Shown: piece after piece, positions 21,883 to 33,267 of the stretch
Numbering within the stretch: the stretch's first letter is position 1
Layout of the letters: the number at the start of each line of letters is the position of its first letter
Assembly: GCA_017654855.1 (NCBI GenBank)
Contig: CM030336.1
Coordinates: 3,782,001 to 3,846,000 of the forward strand
Direction of reading: 5' to 3'
DNA from: Podospora anserina
Taxonomy: Eukaryota
Length of the DNA stretch: 64,000 bases
The notes under the pieces: model-generated
Told to the model about the DNA's origin: nothing
Seen by the model: the letters and a program-made list of their open reading frames with translations, nothing else
Database searches by the model: none
Program-made: the position numbers and the translations under genes

Positions 21883-23091
21883 ATGCAATCTTCGGACACC
21901 GGGGTGCGACCAGCCAAAAGGCAGAAGCTGGATGGCATCAACGTTATCCTGGACACGAGCAACGAGGAGTTGACGAAACCTGCTAGCAAAATGGGGCCCT
22001 CGCCATTTAATCGCTTATAGGTTTCGCGTTGGCCATGAATCCCCATTTCTACCGACCTTCCTCGATATTCACCACAATTCTTGTCCCGTATGCGGGGGTC
22101 ACAATACACCGTCTCAGAGAGTCGACATTGACCGGGTTAGGTCCTTGATTGGGGAAACTCCCCGGAATTTGTGCCAGCAGGCCGAAAGTGAACTTCTTCG
22201 ACTGCCCGAGGGCTTTTTCTGGGCCGCCCTTGCCCGCACAGCTCGCCACGAGCTTCTTGAGCCTGTGGCAGAGAAGGTGTATCCGCAGCGAGCGAGGACA
22301 TCCGTACAGAGGGAAGGCTACATCCCCTCCGGAACGGCTATACTCGGTTCCTCATCTTCTACCCTACCCTCTTTGTCCGATTTTGGTAACGATACGGATG
22401 ATTTCAACGAGGACGGGAATGAGGCCCGGCGTGGTAAACCTGAGGAGGTCACTGTTCATCTTATCACCTGTTTCTTACAAGTCGCCCTAGGACTTTGCCT
22501 CCTGCAGCATTCCGCCGCCGAAACTTGGATGCAAGTCGAGGTCAGACCACAGGTCGGGCGTTTACGGTCGACAATTCAAATTGCCGGAAATCCTATTACG
22601 GCTGAGGACGACGGAGGGGTTTGTCGTATGCGTCACAGGGGATGTAGGTGGACGATGGACCAACCTTACTTGGCTATTATCGAAGTAAAGCGAGCATTTT
22701 AGCCCATCAACGCTGATGACGGAACGGCATCATACAACCCAGTCATACCGTACGAGAATCTGGCACAGTATCTTGGCGAAGCCGTTGTTACTTGGAAGGC
22801 AAACCCCCACCATTTCAAGAAAGGGTCAAGATTTTTCTACCTCATCTCCCCCTTCCCCTCCTTCTCCTAGGTTAATCGTATATAGCCGCTCGTGCTTACT
22901 TTACTTCAGAGCGGTTTTGATTGCGGCCACGAATACCTTTCTCCGCTTTATTCGGGCAAAGGGCCCTTGTCGGTGATGCTTCGAAGGAAGTCTTTGTTCA
23001 AATGCAGAGTACGAGCTAGTTAAACCTTCAGTCATATAAAGCGAGACGAGTCGCCCTTTGTCACGTTCTAGCATTAGTAGCATGCGCATGA
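21883..23091 (+). pseudogene. Pseudogene B of the divergent pair; PD-(D/E)xK restriction-endonuclease-like protein, intron 22825-22909
   Basis: Reconstruction MQSSDTGVRPAKRQKL...KPASK[+1 at 21988-21991]WGPRHLIAYRF...KPEEVT...AEDDGG...IIEVKRAF[TAG 22700]...ENLAQYLGEA...KG|AVLIAATNTFLRF[frameshift]...MQSTS[TAG 23017]LNLQSYKARRVALCHVLALV. Confidence 0.7.
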
Positions 23092-23174
23092 AGTTTAAGG
23101 TGGAACTGGAATTCCATCGATGTTTGGATTCTATAGTAAAGATGTGGTTGTGTGCTGTAACATGCGAAGCTCTC

Positions 23175-23460
23175 ATGACAAAGGCCACCAAGCCCGCCAA
23201 GGGTAACTATGTCCCAGGGTTCTATCAGCAGGCGCTCAACGACCAAGCCTTGATCTCGAATATCGAAAGGCATCTCAACAAACTGTGTGAACGGGCGCGC
23301 CAACTCGATGACTACGCTGGTAACGAAGGTGAGATGTCGGACATAGATGTCGTCTCAAGACTACACAGGTAGGTAATGTTTAACGCCGCTTTCATACCGA
23401 CCCACACTCTAACACTTTGTCCAGAGAGCCGAGTACTTCACCATGCTTCTCAACTCACAC
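23175..23460 (+). pseudogene. Possible truncated gene fragment with an intron-like stretch (about 23369-23424)
   Basis: Protein-like MTKATKPAKGNYVPGFYQQALNDQALISNIERHLNKLC..., then GTAGGT...CTAAC...CAG; no recognisable family. Confidence 0.3.
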
Positions 23461-23712
23461 AGACAATCATCACACGTCTCGCCACCGCACTGCCATTGAC
23501 ACCACAGATTGACAACCATCATGATGATATTCATTTTACCCTTTACCAAACACCCCGAGAACGCCACGCTAAATATGCTATACTATGTATGCTCTTAGCA
23601 GCACACAAGACAGCCCATAAAATCCCAGTATCATAAATGCAGAATACAACAAATTCACTCCCCATCCTCATTGCTCACTGTCGAGAGTTCATTCTCCAAG
23701 TGTGTGAGAGAA

Positions 23713-24665
23713 TCACCACCTCCCAACCCCATTGACCCCCACCTGCTCCAACCCCCGCCCCGTAACAACCTCCCTCATGACCCTAACAGCCCTCGCACTC
23801 TTCCCCCTCCTCCCCCCCCTCTCCCTACCCCCCACAAACTCATTAAACCACTCCTCCTCCCTCCCCTCCAACGGCAAACTAACCAACTCCCTCCCCCTCC
23901 CCCCCACACTCTCCCCCCCCTCGATCACACTCCCCACCAACCTCTCAAACAACCCCCTCCTCGCATTCTCCGGCCACATCCTAGTAAAATACAATGCCTC
24001 CGTCACGCTCGTCCTCGCCAACGCCCCAAACAACAACTCCAAACTCTCGCCCGTCTTGAGCACCGGCTGGACAGTGTTATAATACGCCAACGGCAACGAG
24101 TAATCATCCTCCGTCTTCTTGGCGTGCTTGACCAGGACTGTTATAATATCATCGGCAAACTCGCTTGGCAAGGAAGGATGGCAGAGGTATTCCAGCGCAA
24201 ACTTGAATTCTGACCTGTCCATATGCCACAGCCCCCGCATGAGGATCTGGTAGTTGGATGGGAGCCCCGACTCGTCGGCGAGGGAAAGGGCTAGGTTGGA
24301 GGTGCGGGGGCCGCGTTTTTCGTCAAAGTCGAGGAGGAGGTAGAAGAGGACTGAGAGGCGGGCGTGGGGGGAGATGCCGGGGGAGGAGGTGATGATTTGG
24401 TTGTGGAGGGAGCGGAGGGCGGAGGAAGAGTGAGGAGGGTAGACTTTTGATGCTGGAACAAGGATGTTAGTATCTTGGGGAGGGGGGAAGGGGAGGGGAA
24501 CAAACCATCTTTGATACCTAGGCGGTGGAGGACTCGATCGATGAAGAGGACGCCGTCGAAGGATTTGCGAAAGGTTTCGATTTGGCGGGAAAAGGTTGGG
24601 TCGTAGGGGGATGGGCCGTCAGTTGGGAAGGCGGCGTTGAAGTGGGTGAAGTCGAGCATGTTCAT
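23713..24665 (-). CDS. ELYS-like nuclear pore assembly protein; exons 24665-24506, 24452-23713
   Basis: LFIDRVL|..YPP...LFYLLLDF...[19 protein letters not shown]; intron 24505-24453 (GTTTGT...CTAAC...CAG) joins two ORF-track fragments. Confidence 0.8.
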
Positions 24666-24908
24666 TTTGGCGGTAGTTATGGGGGGTGTGATGTTGATGG
24701 GTTGGGTTTGGGGGAATGTAAACAGAGGAAGGCTTCAAAAGCTTGATGAAGCTTCAGATGTGACGACGTGCGACCCGACCCGATTGATTCATGAATTAGA
24801 GGAAAAAGAAGCTTGGTTTAGCTTGTCTAACGGGGTGCGGTGGAGCTGATAATGCCGTTAAGCGGAAAACTGTCACGGGATAGCGTGTTTTCGAGATGGT
24901 CAATTCAG

Positions 24909-24927
24909 ACGCGCGATAAGAACGCGT
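24909..24927. promoter_or_regulatory. MCB-like boxes (ACGCGCG, ACGCGT) in the ELYS/SMC4 divergent promoter
   Basis: Two ACGCG cores about 330 bp upstream of the SMC4 ATG; ACGCGT is the MBF (G1/S) element in ascomycetes. Confidence 0.5.
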
Positions 24928-25254
24928 TCGACCAGTCAATCGTGGCTGGTGTCTAGTGGCTAGTGGTTTTTGGCGGGGGCAGACGTGGCTTGTGATTTGT
25001 TTACAATCAATCAATGTCAACAGACGACAACTGGGGAAAGCGGGGCCTGAGCTCTGGGATTTGTCGCAGCGACTTTTGGACTGAAACGACTCGACAAAAA
25101 CTCGACGACGACCACCAGCGCGTTTTGTGGTTTTGTTGCGTGGGAGATCTGCCAGGCCCTTTGTGTATCTTGCCTTTGCGCAGCGATCTGTTGCGCTGTT
25201 TGTTGTTGGTTTTCTTGATTTCTTTTGGACGTTTGTAGCACACACACCGCAAAT

Positions 25255-28200
25255 ATGTCGACGCGACAGTCCCGCCGGATTGCGACCCGGCGCAACACCA
25301 CCATTGTCGAGAGTTCAGAGGACGAGCTGGGCGACGGGTCCCCAAAAGTGAAGCAGGAAGAGGAGGAGGAGGAATACACACCGGCACCGGTCGAGAAGAA
25401 AAGACCAGGTCGGAGGAGGACCACCACTACCGAACTTGCACCAGCTGCACCCGCCGAGACACCAGTGAGGAAAACCAGAGGACGCCCAAAGAAGAGTCTT
25501 GCGCCTGCGGCCCCCCCCCCTTCCGCACCGCCTGTTATCGAGAGTACCGAGAATGTAGATCCCGACCAGTCGCTCGCCAGCGTAGCGGGTGCATCATCAG
25601 CTGTTGACGTCGACGATACCTCAGTTGGGCCCCCACCATCGACAGTGAAGAAGCCTGTCGCGGCAGCCGACGACACTGTTGGACCACCACCATCCACAGC
25701 AAAGAAGCCCGCTGGAAGACCACGAAAGAGTGTCGCGCCCCGTGCAAGCAAGACCCCCACGCCGGCGCCTGAATTGAACGCTCCCACCCAATCTCCAAAG
25801 CCATCTGTGTCGCCATCAGCACAGCTCCTACGCGATGCCCCCCCGCTTACCGATATCACTTCTGCGACCAATAATGCCACGCTGAGTTCACAACAAGACG
25901 ATACCGTGATTGCGCCCATCAAACCGATCAAGCCCATGGATACAGTGCTCGAGAAGCCAATGGATATCATGCTGAAGTCGCGCACAATGCAGATCCCCGT
26001 GATTCAAGATACCGGCCCAAAGCCGCGCATTGTCATCACTTATCTTGTGCTCACCAACTTCAAGAGTTATGCCGGCAAGCAGGAGGTCGGGCCTTTCCAT
26101 GCTTCATTCTCCTCGGTTGTCGGTCCCAACGGTTCGGGCAAGTCCAACGTCATCGACTCCCTGCTGTTCGTGTTTGGTTTCAGGGCAAGCAAGATGAGAC
26201 AAGGCAAGATCTCGGCCCTCATTCACAACTCGGCAAAGTACCCGAATCTGGAGTACTGCGAGGTCGCGGTGCACTTCCGTGAGGTGATGGACCTTCCTGG
26301 CGGAGGTCACGAAGTCATCCCAGACTCAGACCTGGTCATTTCCCGCAAGGCCTTCAGAAACAACTCCAGCGCCTACTACATCAACGGAAAGACCTCCAAC
26401 TTCACAACTGTCACAACATTGCTCCGGGACCGCGGGGTCGATCTCGACCACAAGCGTTTCTTGATTCTGCAGGGTGAAGTCGAGTCTATTGCGCAGATGA
26501 AGGCCAAGGCTGCCAACGAGCACGATGATGGTCTTCTCGAGTATCTTGAGGACATCATTGGCACATCCAAGTACAAGACACCTATTGAGGAATCAGCCGC
26601 CGAGGTCGAGACACTCAATGAAATCTGCTTGGAAAAGAGCGGTCGTGTTCAACACGTTGAGAAGGAGAAGCAGAGCCTCGAGGACAAGAAGAACAAGGCT
26701 TTGGCTTTCATTCGTGATGAAAATGAGCTTGCCATGAAGCAGTCCGCTTTGTACCAACTCTACATCAGCCAATGCGAGGATAACCTAGCTGTTACAGACG
26801 AAGCCATCAGTCAGATGCAGGAACAACTCAACGCCGAGCTCGAGAAGCACAACGGCAGCGAGCAGATCATCAAGCAGCTGGAGAAGGCTCACGCCAAGGG
26901 CAACAAGGAGTATGAGGCTCAAGAAAAGGAAACTCAGGCCCTGATCAAGGAGATGGCCAAGTTTGAGCAGGAGCGCGTCAAGTTCGAGGAGAAGCGGAAG
27001 TTCTTGGCCGATAAGCGTAAGAAGCTTGAGAAGACCATTGCCAACTCTGAGAACTCGGCAGAGCAGGCCGACCAGACCATTCAGGAATGCGCTGAGGATA
27101 TCGAGAGGCGTGCGGCTGAGATCGAGAACATCGAAAGGTGGATCAAGGAGGAGGAGGAAGAGCTGACCAAGATCCGCGACAGCCTCAAGGGCAAGACTCA
27201 GCACATGTCCGATCAGATTGCGGCGAAGCAAAAGTCGCTTGAGCCCTGGAAGGAGAAGATCAACCAGAAGCAATCTGCTATCGCCGTGGCGGAAAGTGAG
27301 TTGGCCATCTTGGAGGAAAAGGCCAAGGCTGGTGGTGTTGCGCTTGAGGAGATGGAGGCCAAGATCGTGGCCATTCAGGAACTTCAGGCGGCCAAGGCGG
27401 AAGAGTTCAAGGCGTGCCAGGCTGAGAAGGATGCGCTCAAGAAGGAGGGCAGAAGAGTGGTTGCTGAGCTGGAGGAGCTTGCTCAGGAAGAGCCAAAGTT
27501 CCGCGCTAAGCTGTCTAACCTGCGGCAAAAGGCGGACGAGGCTCGCTCAAGCTTTTCGGCTACCAAGACGCAAGGCAATGTCCTAACGGCGCTTATGCGC
27601 ATGAAGGAGTCTGGTCGCATTGACGGCTTCCACGGGCGGCTTGGCAACCTCGGTGCCATCGACAAGAAGTACGACGTTGCCATCTCGACGGCTTGCGGTC
27701 AGCTCGACAACTTTGTCACGGACACTGTCGAGGCTGGTCAGCAGTGCATCGAGCACTTGCGCAAGACCAACTTGGGTCGCGGCAACTTTATGTGCTTGGA
27801 CAAGCTGAGAGTCCGTGACTACTCACCCATCAAGACTCCCGAGGATGCGCCCCGTCTGTTTGACCTGGTTCAGCCCAAGGATGAGAAGTTCAGACCTGCT
27901 TTCTACCATGCGCTCCAAGATACATTGGTTGCGGAAGATCTTGCCCAGGCCAACCGCATCGCCTATGGCGTCAAGAGATGGCGTGTTGTCACTCTGGCCG
28001 GCGAGCTGATTGACAAATCTGGTACCATGTCTGGTGGTGGTACGACAGTCAAGAAGGGATTGATGTCGTCCAAGCTGGTGGCCGAGATCAGCAAGGAGCA
28101 GGTGGATAAGATGGAGGCTGATCGCGATGCCTTTGAGCAGAGATTCCAAGAGTTCCAAGATCATCAACGTGAGCTGGAGGCTCGTCTTCGTTCCCTCAAG

Positions 28201-30088
28201 GAGCAGATCCCACAGCTTGACACCAAGATGCAGAAGATCAACCTCGAGATTGAGAGTTCATCCAGGAACTTGGCGGATGCTCAGCGCAGAGTTAAGGAAC
28301 TCAGCAAGGAGCACCAGCCTTCCCAGACAGACGACAACCGGGTTGCCGTCTTGCGAAAGGAGATCGCCAAGCTTAACAAGGAGATTGAGAAGCTCCATGG
28401 CGAGACTTCTAGTGTCGAGGATGAGATTAAAGAGCTGCAGGACAAGATTATGGAGGTTGGTGGTGAGAAGCTCCGGCAACAGCGCACCAAGGTGGACAAC
28501 CTCAAGGAAGAGATTCGTTCCCAAAACGAGGAGGTCTCCAGCGCCGAGGTCCGCAAGGTCAAGGCTGAGAAGCAGAAGGTCAAGCTCGAGAAGGACCACG
28601 CCAAGGCTTCCAAGGAGCTCGAGGCTGCCAATCGGGACCTGGAGAGACTCGAGGAGGAGATTGAGAACCAGGGCACTAAGGCTGAGGATTACACCACCAG
28701 AGTCGAGGAGGCCAAGGAAGCTCTTGCTGCCAAGAAGGAGGAACTTTCCACACTCAAGGCCGAACTTGACAAGAAGGCCGCCGAGTTGAACGCCACCCGT
28801 GCCGTCGAAATCGAAATGCGCAACAAGCTCGAGGAGAACCAAAAGGTACTCAAGGAGACGCAAAGGCAGCTTGCCTACTGGGAGAATAAGCTATCCAAGC
28901 TCTCGCTTCAAAACATTGAGGATCTTGAGTCCGGCCGACCTTCCCAGCCTGTGGCCCCCCAGTCCCGGCCCAAGACGCCAGGTAACGAAGACGAGGAAGA
29001 GGATGCCGAAGGCGAACCCGAGCTCGACGCCGAGGGCGACTCCCCCATGGGCGATGCCACCGACTCAGACGACGAAGACCCTGCCGCCCAGCTCCAAGCC
29101 GAGGCGGAAGCCACCTTCCTCGGTTCCGGCCGCGGTCCTAATCCTGCCTCCAACCCACTGGAGCTCCCACGCTACACCCGCGATGAGCTCTCTGACATGT
29201 CAGAAAAGACGCTCAAGGGCGAAATTGCCGTTCTGGAGGAAAAGACCCAGAACGTCAATGTTGATCTTGGTGTCCTGGCTGAGTACAGGCGCAGAGTAGA
29301 AGAGCACGCCGCCCGCTCCCAGGACTTGGCTTCTGCCGTTGCTCAAAGGGATGCCGCCAAGAAGAGATGTGACGACCTCCGCCGACTGAGGCTGGAAGGC
29401 TTCATGGAGGGCTTCTCCACCATCTCGCTCCGTCTCAAGGAAATGTACCAGATGATCACCATGGGCGGCAACGCCGAGCTGGAGCTGGTCGACTCCCTCG
29501 ACCCCTTCTCGGAAGGTATCCTCTTCTCGGTCATGCCCCCCAAGAAATCATGGAAGAACATCTCCAACTTGTCTGGTGGTGAGAAGACGCTTTCTTCGCT
29601 TGCGTTGGTGTTTGCGCTGCATCATTACAAGCCTACGCCGCTGTATGTCATGGACGAGATTGATGCCGCGTTGGACTTCAGAAACGTGAGTTTTTCCTTC
29701 CTCTCCTCCCCTTCCGCAACAGTTTGTTCTAACAGTAATACAGGTCTCGATTGTGGCGAATTACATCAAGGAGCGCACAAAGAATGCTCAGTTTATTGTT
29801 ATCTCGCTGAGGAACAACATGTTTGAGCTTGCGGCGAGGCTGGTGGGTGTTTACAAGGTTAATCACATGACCAAGAGTGTTACTATTGAGAATAAGGAGT
29901 ATGTCAAGGGGCGGCAGCAGCTGCAACAGTCGTCGCAGCAGCCGGCGCAGTCCCAGAGGGGAGGGACGGAGCAGACGACGAGGGTGTTTGGGCCGGGGAT
30001 GGCGAGGAGGGAGGAGAGCGGGAAAGAGCCGGAGCGGTTGGGGAGCAGTAGTAGTGCGAGTAGTAACTTGACTCATCGGCCGAGGTAA
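25255..30088 (+). CDS. SMC4: Condensin ATPase Smc4; exons 25255-29685, 29744-30088
   Basis: Walker A GPNGSGKSN, hinge, LSGGEKT signature, Walker B/D-loop YVMDEIDAALDFRN|VSIVANYIKERTKNAQFIVISLRNNMFE; intron 29686-29743. Confidence 0.97.
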
Positions 30089-30379
30089 AGGGGGGGGGGG
30101 TGGGATTTTGGTTGGATTAGGTCAAGATGGATGGGTGGCTTGCATGGGATGGGTTGGGTATGATGATGTTGCATGGATGGGAAAGGGGTGTTGTCTTTGT
30201 GTAGTTGTGATGTGTTTATGAAATGACTTTTTCTGTTCGTTACACACTGGGATGGTTGGTTTGTTTGGGCTTGTGTGTTGTTAAGTCCGTTTGACTTTTT
30301 GCCGGCCTGGTGTTCTTCTCTCTGCTGGGGATGATTGTTAGTTACTCCATGATGATGGCATGCTCCGATGTCAGTCAGC

Positions 30380-30498
30380 ACATACGACCACAAGCAGCTG
30401 AAAATACGGGATCCCGTCCGCTCTCCCCTAGTCAAACAGCTGACTGCCGGACTAGTACTCAGGTGGGTGACCACTGGGGAATCCCTGGTGTTGTATGT
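30380..30498 (+). rRNA. 5S rRNA gene (dispersed copy)
   Basis: 119 nt ACATACGACC...CCCGTCCGCTC...TAGTAC...GGGTGACCA...GAATCCC...GTTGTATGT with complementary ends and a T-rich terminator. Confidence 0.95.
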
Positions 30499-31196
30499 TT
30501 TGCTTCCTTTTTGGAAATCTTATATGCTGTAGTCCGTCTCACTCAGACACCCCTCCTCTGAGGCAGCTGCCGTACAGGCTCGGGAGGTTTATAGGTCTGG
30601 CTTTCTTTACTCTGGCTAGGTTGGCCGGGGTTTGGGTGCTGTGTCATGATCTTTTGCTGCTGATTTGGTCACCAAGAAAAGGCCCTGCAACAGTGAGTAC
30701 GTATCGGCGTATCATGGCATGACTACGGTAGGATAGGGGAAAATTGATGGCCCCGTCTTTGTTGTAACATAATCCAGTAACAATCGGTAGTCATACAAAG
30801 ATACATTACACCACTGTCCAGAACTCAGCGGAAGAGTGACGCGTTGGTGCAATCACACAGCTGGAGCGGTGACATGTTTGCCACACCAACTCATGTTTTC
30901 GGATCGGCTTGAGTGGCTTGCGCCTATTGTGGAATCAAAGATGAAAAGTCAACACAGCGATGACTCATTCAAGATTTAGACTTTCGACCAATGCCTAGTA
31001 AATCCCAAAGACATCCTCTGACTTTGCTCCGTCTCCTACTCTGTCTTTCTTCATCTCCTACTCTCTCTTTCTGTCCCTGCTTCCCATCAACATTTCGGCC
31101 TCGATTGTACGCAATCCACCTAACCTCGCTACTTTGCAGACTGAGACGCTTGATCGACCTTCATCGCAACCTGTTCTCTCATTCCGTCCATCCGAG

Positions 31197-32581
31197 ATGG
31201 CGCCAAGTACAAAACCACGGCGCAACAAGGGCATGGGCATCCGCGACCAGGTAGAATTGCGGCCAGATCAGGAGTCCGACATTCTCCCTTCACCAATCCA
31301 GCAACTCGACAAACGAATCGGGTACACCGACCCCATTGAAGAGTCTTTTGAAGAAAACTATGAGCAGTTGACCGGGGAGAAGCAGGGAGGTTTGGAGGCC
31401 GTTTGGGAATTTGCAAAAGGTGGCTCTTTTCAGAGCCGACTACGCCGCGTTGGCTTTCGCCGTCAGGCAAAAGAATTCGCGTGCCGAGGATCTTGCCGCA
31501 GGAGGGGTTCTGGTGCCGCATTTTCTGAAACTGTGGTGTTCAAGACCTGCTGGGGAGACTGGTGAATACCCAATCTTCCGTGATGGCCTCAGCAACAACA
31601 ACAACAACAGCAACAACAACAACAACAACAACAGCGACAACAACAACAAACGTCACCCACCCCGCCGCCACCACCACCACCACCACCTTGCACGTCTTGA
31701 GAATCCTGACAAGCACCAAGGCCCACCCTCACACCACTCGACATCATTTCAAAGGTCGGACACGATAAACCACCGCATTATTCCCGTGATATCAAACCAG
31801 AAGAGTGCTCGCAACAAGATCTTGATTGAACGGTGTTTGACGTTTTATGGGGATGTGCTCTTCTATCCGGGGAAATACCTGGAGGGCGGCACTAGTTTCG
31901 GGATGAAAGGGATGTAGCGAGAAAGCTATTCTCTGTCTCCTCTGAGAGAACAATTCCAGATGACGCCAACTGGAACATGGTGGCGGTGGATCCAAAGCTG
32001 CATAGCTTTTGGGAGCGGGGTCTCTGCGCATATCGATGCTTGGGTGCAAATCGGATGGATGGCTCACGATGGGGAACGTCAAGGGTCAGGGAAGAGTACG
32101 ATGCGGATCATGCTCGAATTCCATTTGGATGCCTGTGGTAGACCGAAACGCTGTTGGAGAGACGATCGGGCACCTACAGAAATCGCGGGGGATAATGGCC
32201 AAGACATATGGCGGTCATGTCGGGGAAGAATTAGGCTTTATTTCCGGGGAAAGGTGGTGTGTGGATGTGGATTCGGAACATGTCAAGGAGATAATGATGG
32301 CGTTTTGCATCCGGTGGTGGGTGGTTGTCATGACTGCTTTAGCTGGGGGGCCTGGGGCCTATGATGCTGGGCCGGATAGCCCGCCGGATCGGTTTCTTGA
32401 AGATGGGAGATTCAAAGGGATAGAGCATGACCTGCCGGTTATCCAGTTAGGTCCTAATTTTGACTGGAATAAGCTCTGGCTGACCACTTGGGTGGTTCTA
32501 CTGCATGTGTGTGTATCGTTAGGCTCTGGGTTGGGTATAGTTGATGGAATGGCCAATAGATCATACACTGGAACCAGCTAA
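31197..32581 (+). pseudogene. Decayed or lineage-specific hypothetical gene
   Basis: Three successive same-strand protein-like ORF pieces (31197-, 31411-, 32009-) separated by a frameshift and stops; contains a (CAA)n tract at 31593-31650. Confidence 0.35.
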
Positions 32582-32886
32582 ACAGGAAAAGAGAGATTGT
32601 GCGTGTGAAGAGAAGTAGCTCGATACCAAGATGCGGACTGTTGTACTAAATTGATTGTCAAGTATGCGAATTTCATAAGCCGGCACAACTGCATCTTTGG
32701 GTGGACTACTGACTCCCTTGGTAGGTAACTATGCTTTTCACAAGCCCAGCTTAGTATGACAGAAACATTCTGTGACTCCTTGTCAAAGCGTATTCAGTGA
32801 GTTTCAGATGTGTGTTGTTCATTATGACTTGATTGCTTTGGCACCGTAGGTAAGGATGGCTTTAGCTTGGCTACCCACCTTATGAT

Positions 32887-32892
<6 letters not shown>

Positions 32893-32932
<40 letters not shown>
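32893..32932. repeat. Poly(T) tract of about 40 nt
   Basis: Seen directly. Confidence 0.95.
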
Positions 32933-32933
<1 letters not shown>

Positions 32934-33087
32934 AGTGGACAAACAGGCCATGATAGTCCAAGCGAGCATTCCACGTCAGATGGGCAACGACAAACAATGC
33001 ATGTCATGGGTGCAAGTAGAGCCCAACAGTTCGTCTTGAAAACCCAGCCGCTCTGAACCTTTGGGGACCGAAAATGATTTCCTCTCC

Positions 33088-33143
33088 TATCATCATCATC
33101 ATCGTCATCATCATCGTCATCATCATCATCATCATCATTATCA
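33088..33143. repeat. (CAT)n microsatellite
   Basis: Seen directly. Confidence 0.9.
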
Positions 33144-33267
33144 TCAGACTTGGCCTCGGCGGAACTTTCTTGAAGTCTTCAGCGCTCTCTTATTCAACCA
33201 GGCATTAATCAAGTCTCACGGACCAGTGTGCGCGGTTCTTCTTACCCAAAACACTGGCGCTGAAATC

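Noticed and set aside
22700..23019. In-frame TAG codons as sexual-stage A-to-I editing (TAG>TGG) sites
   Set aside because: The same gene also has frameshifts that editing cannot repair, so pseudogenisation is simpler.
21883..23091. Gene B as a Spok meiotic driver
   Set aside because: It lacks the Spok N-terminal coiled coil and C-terminal kinase domain and is much shorter; only a general nuclease-fold resemblance remains.
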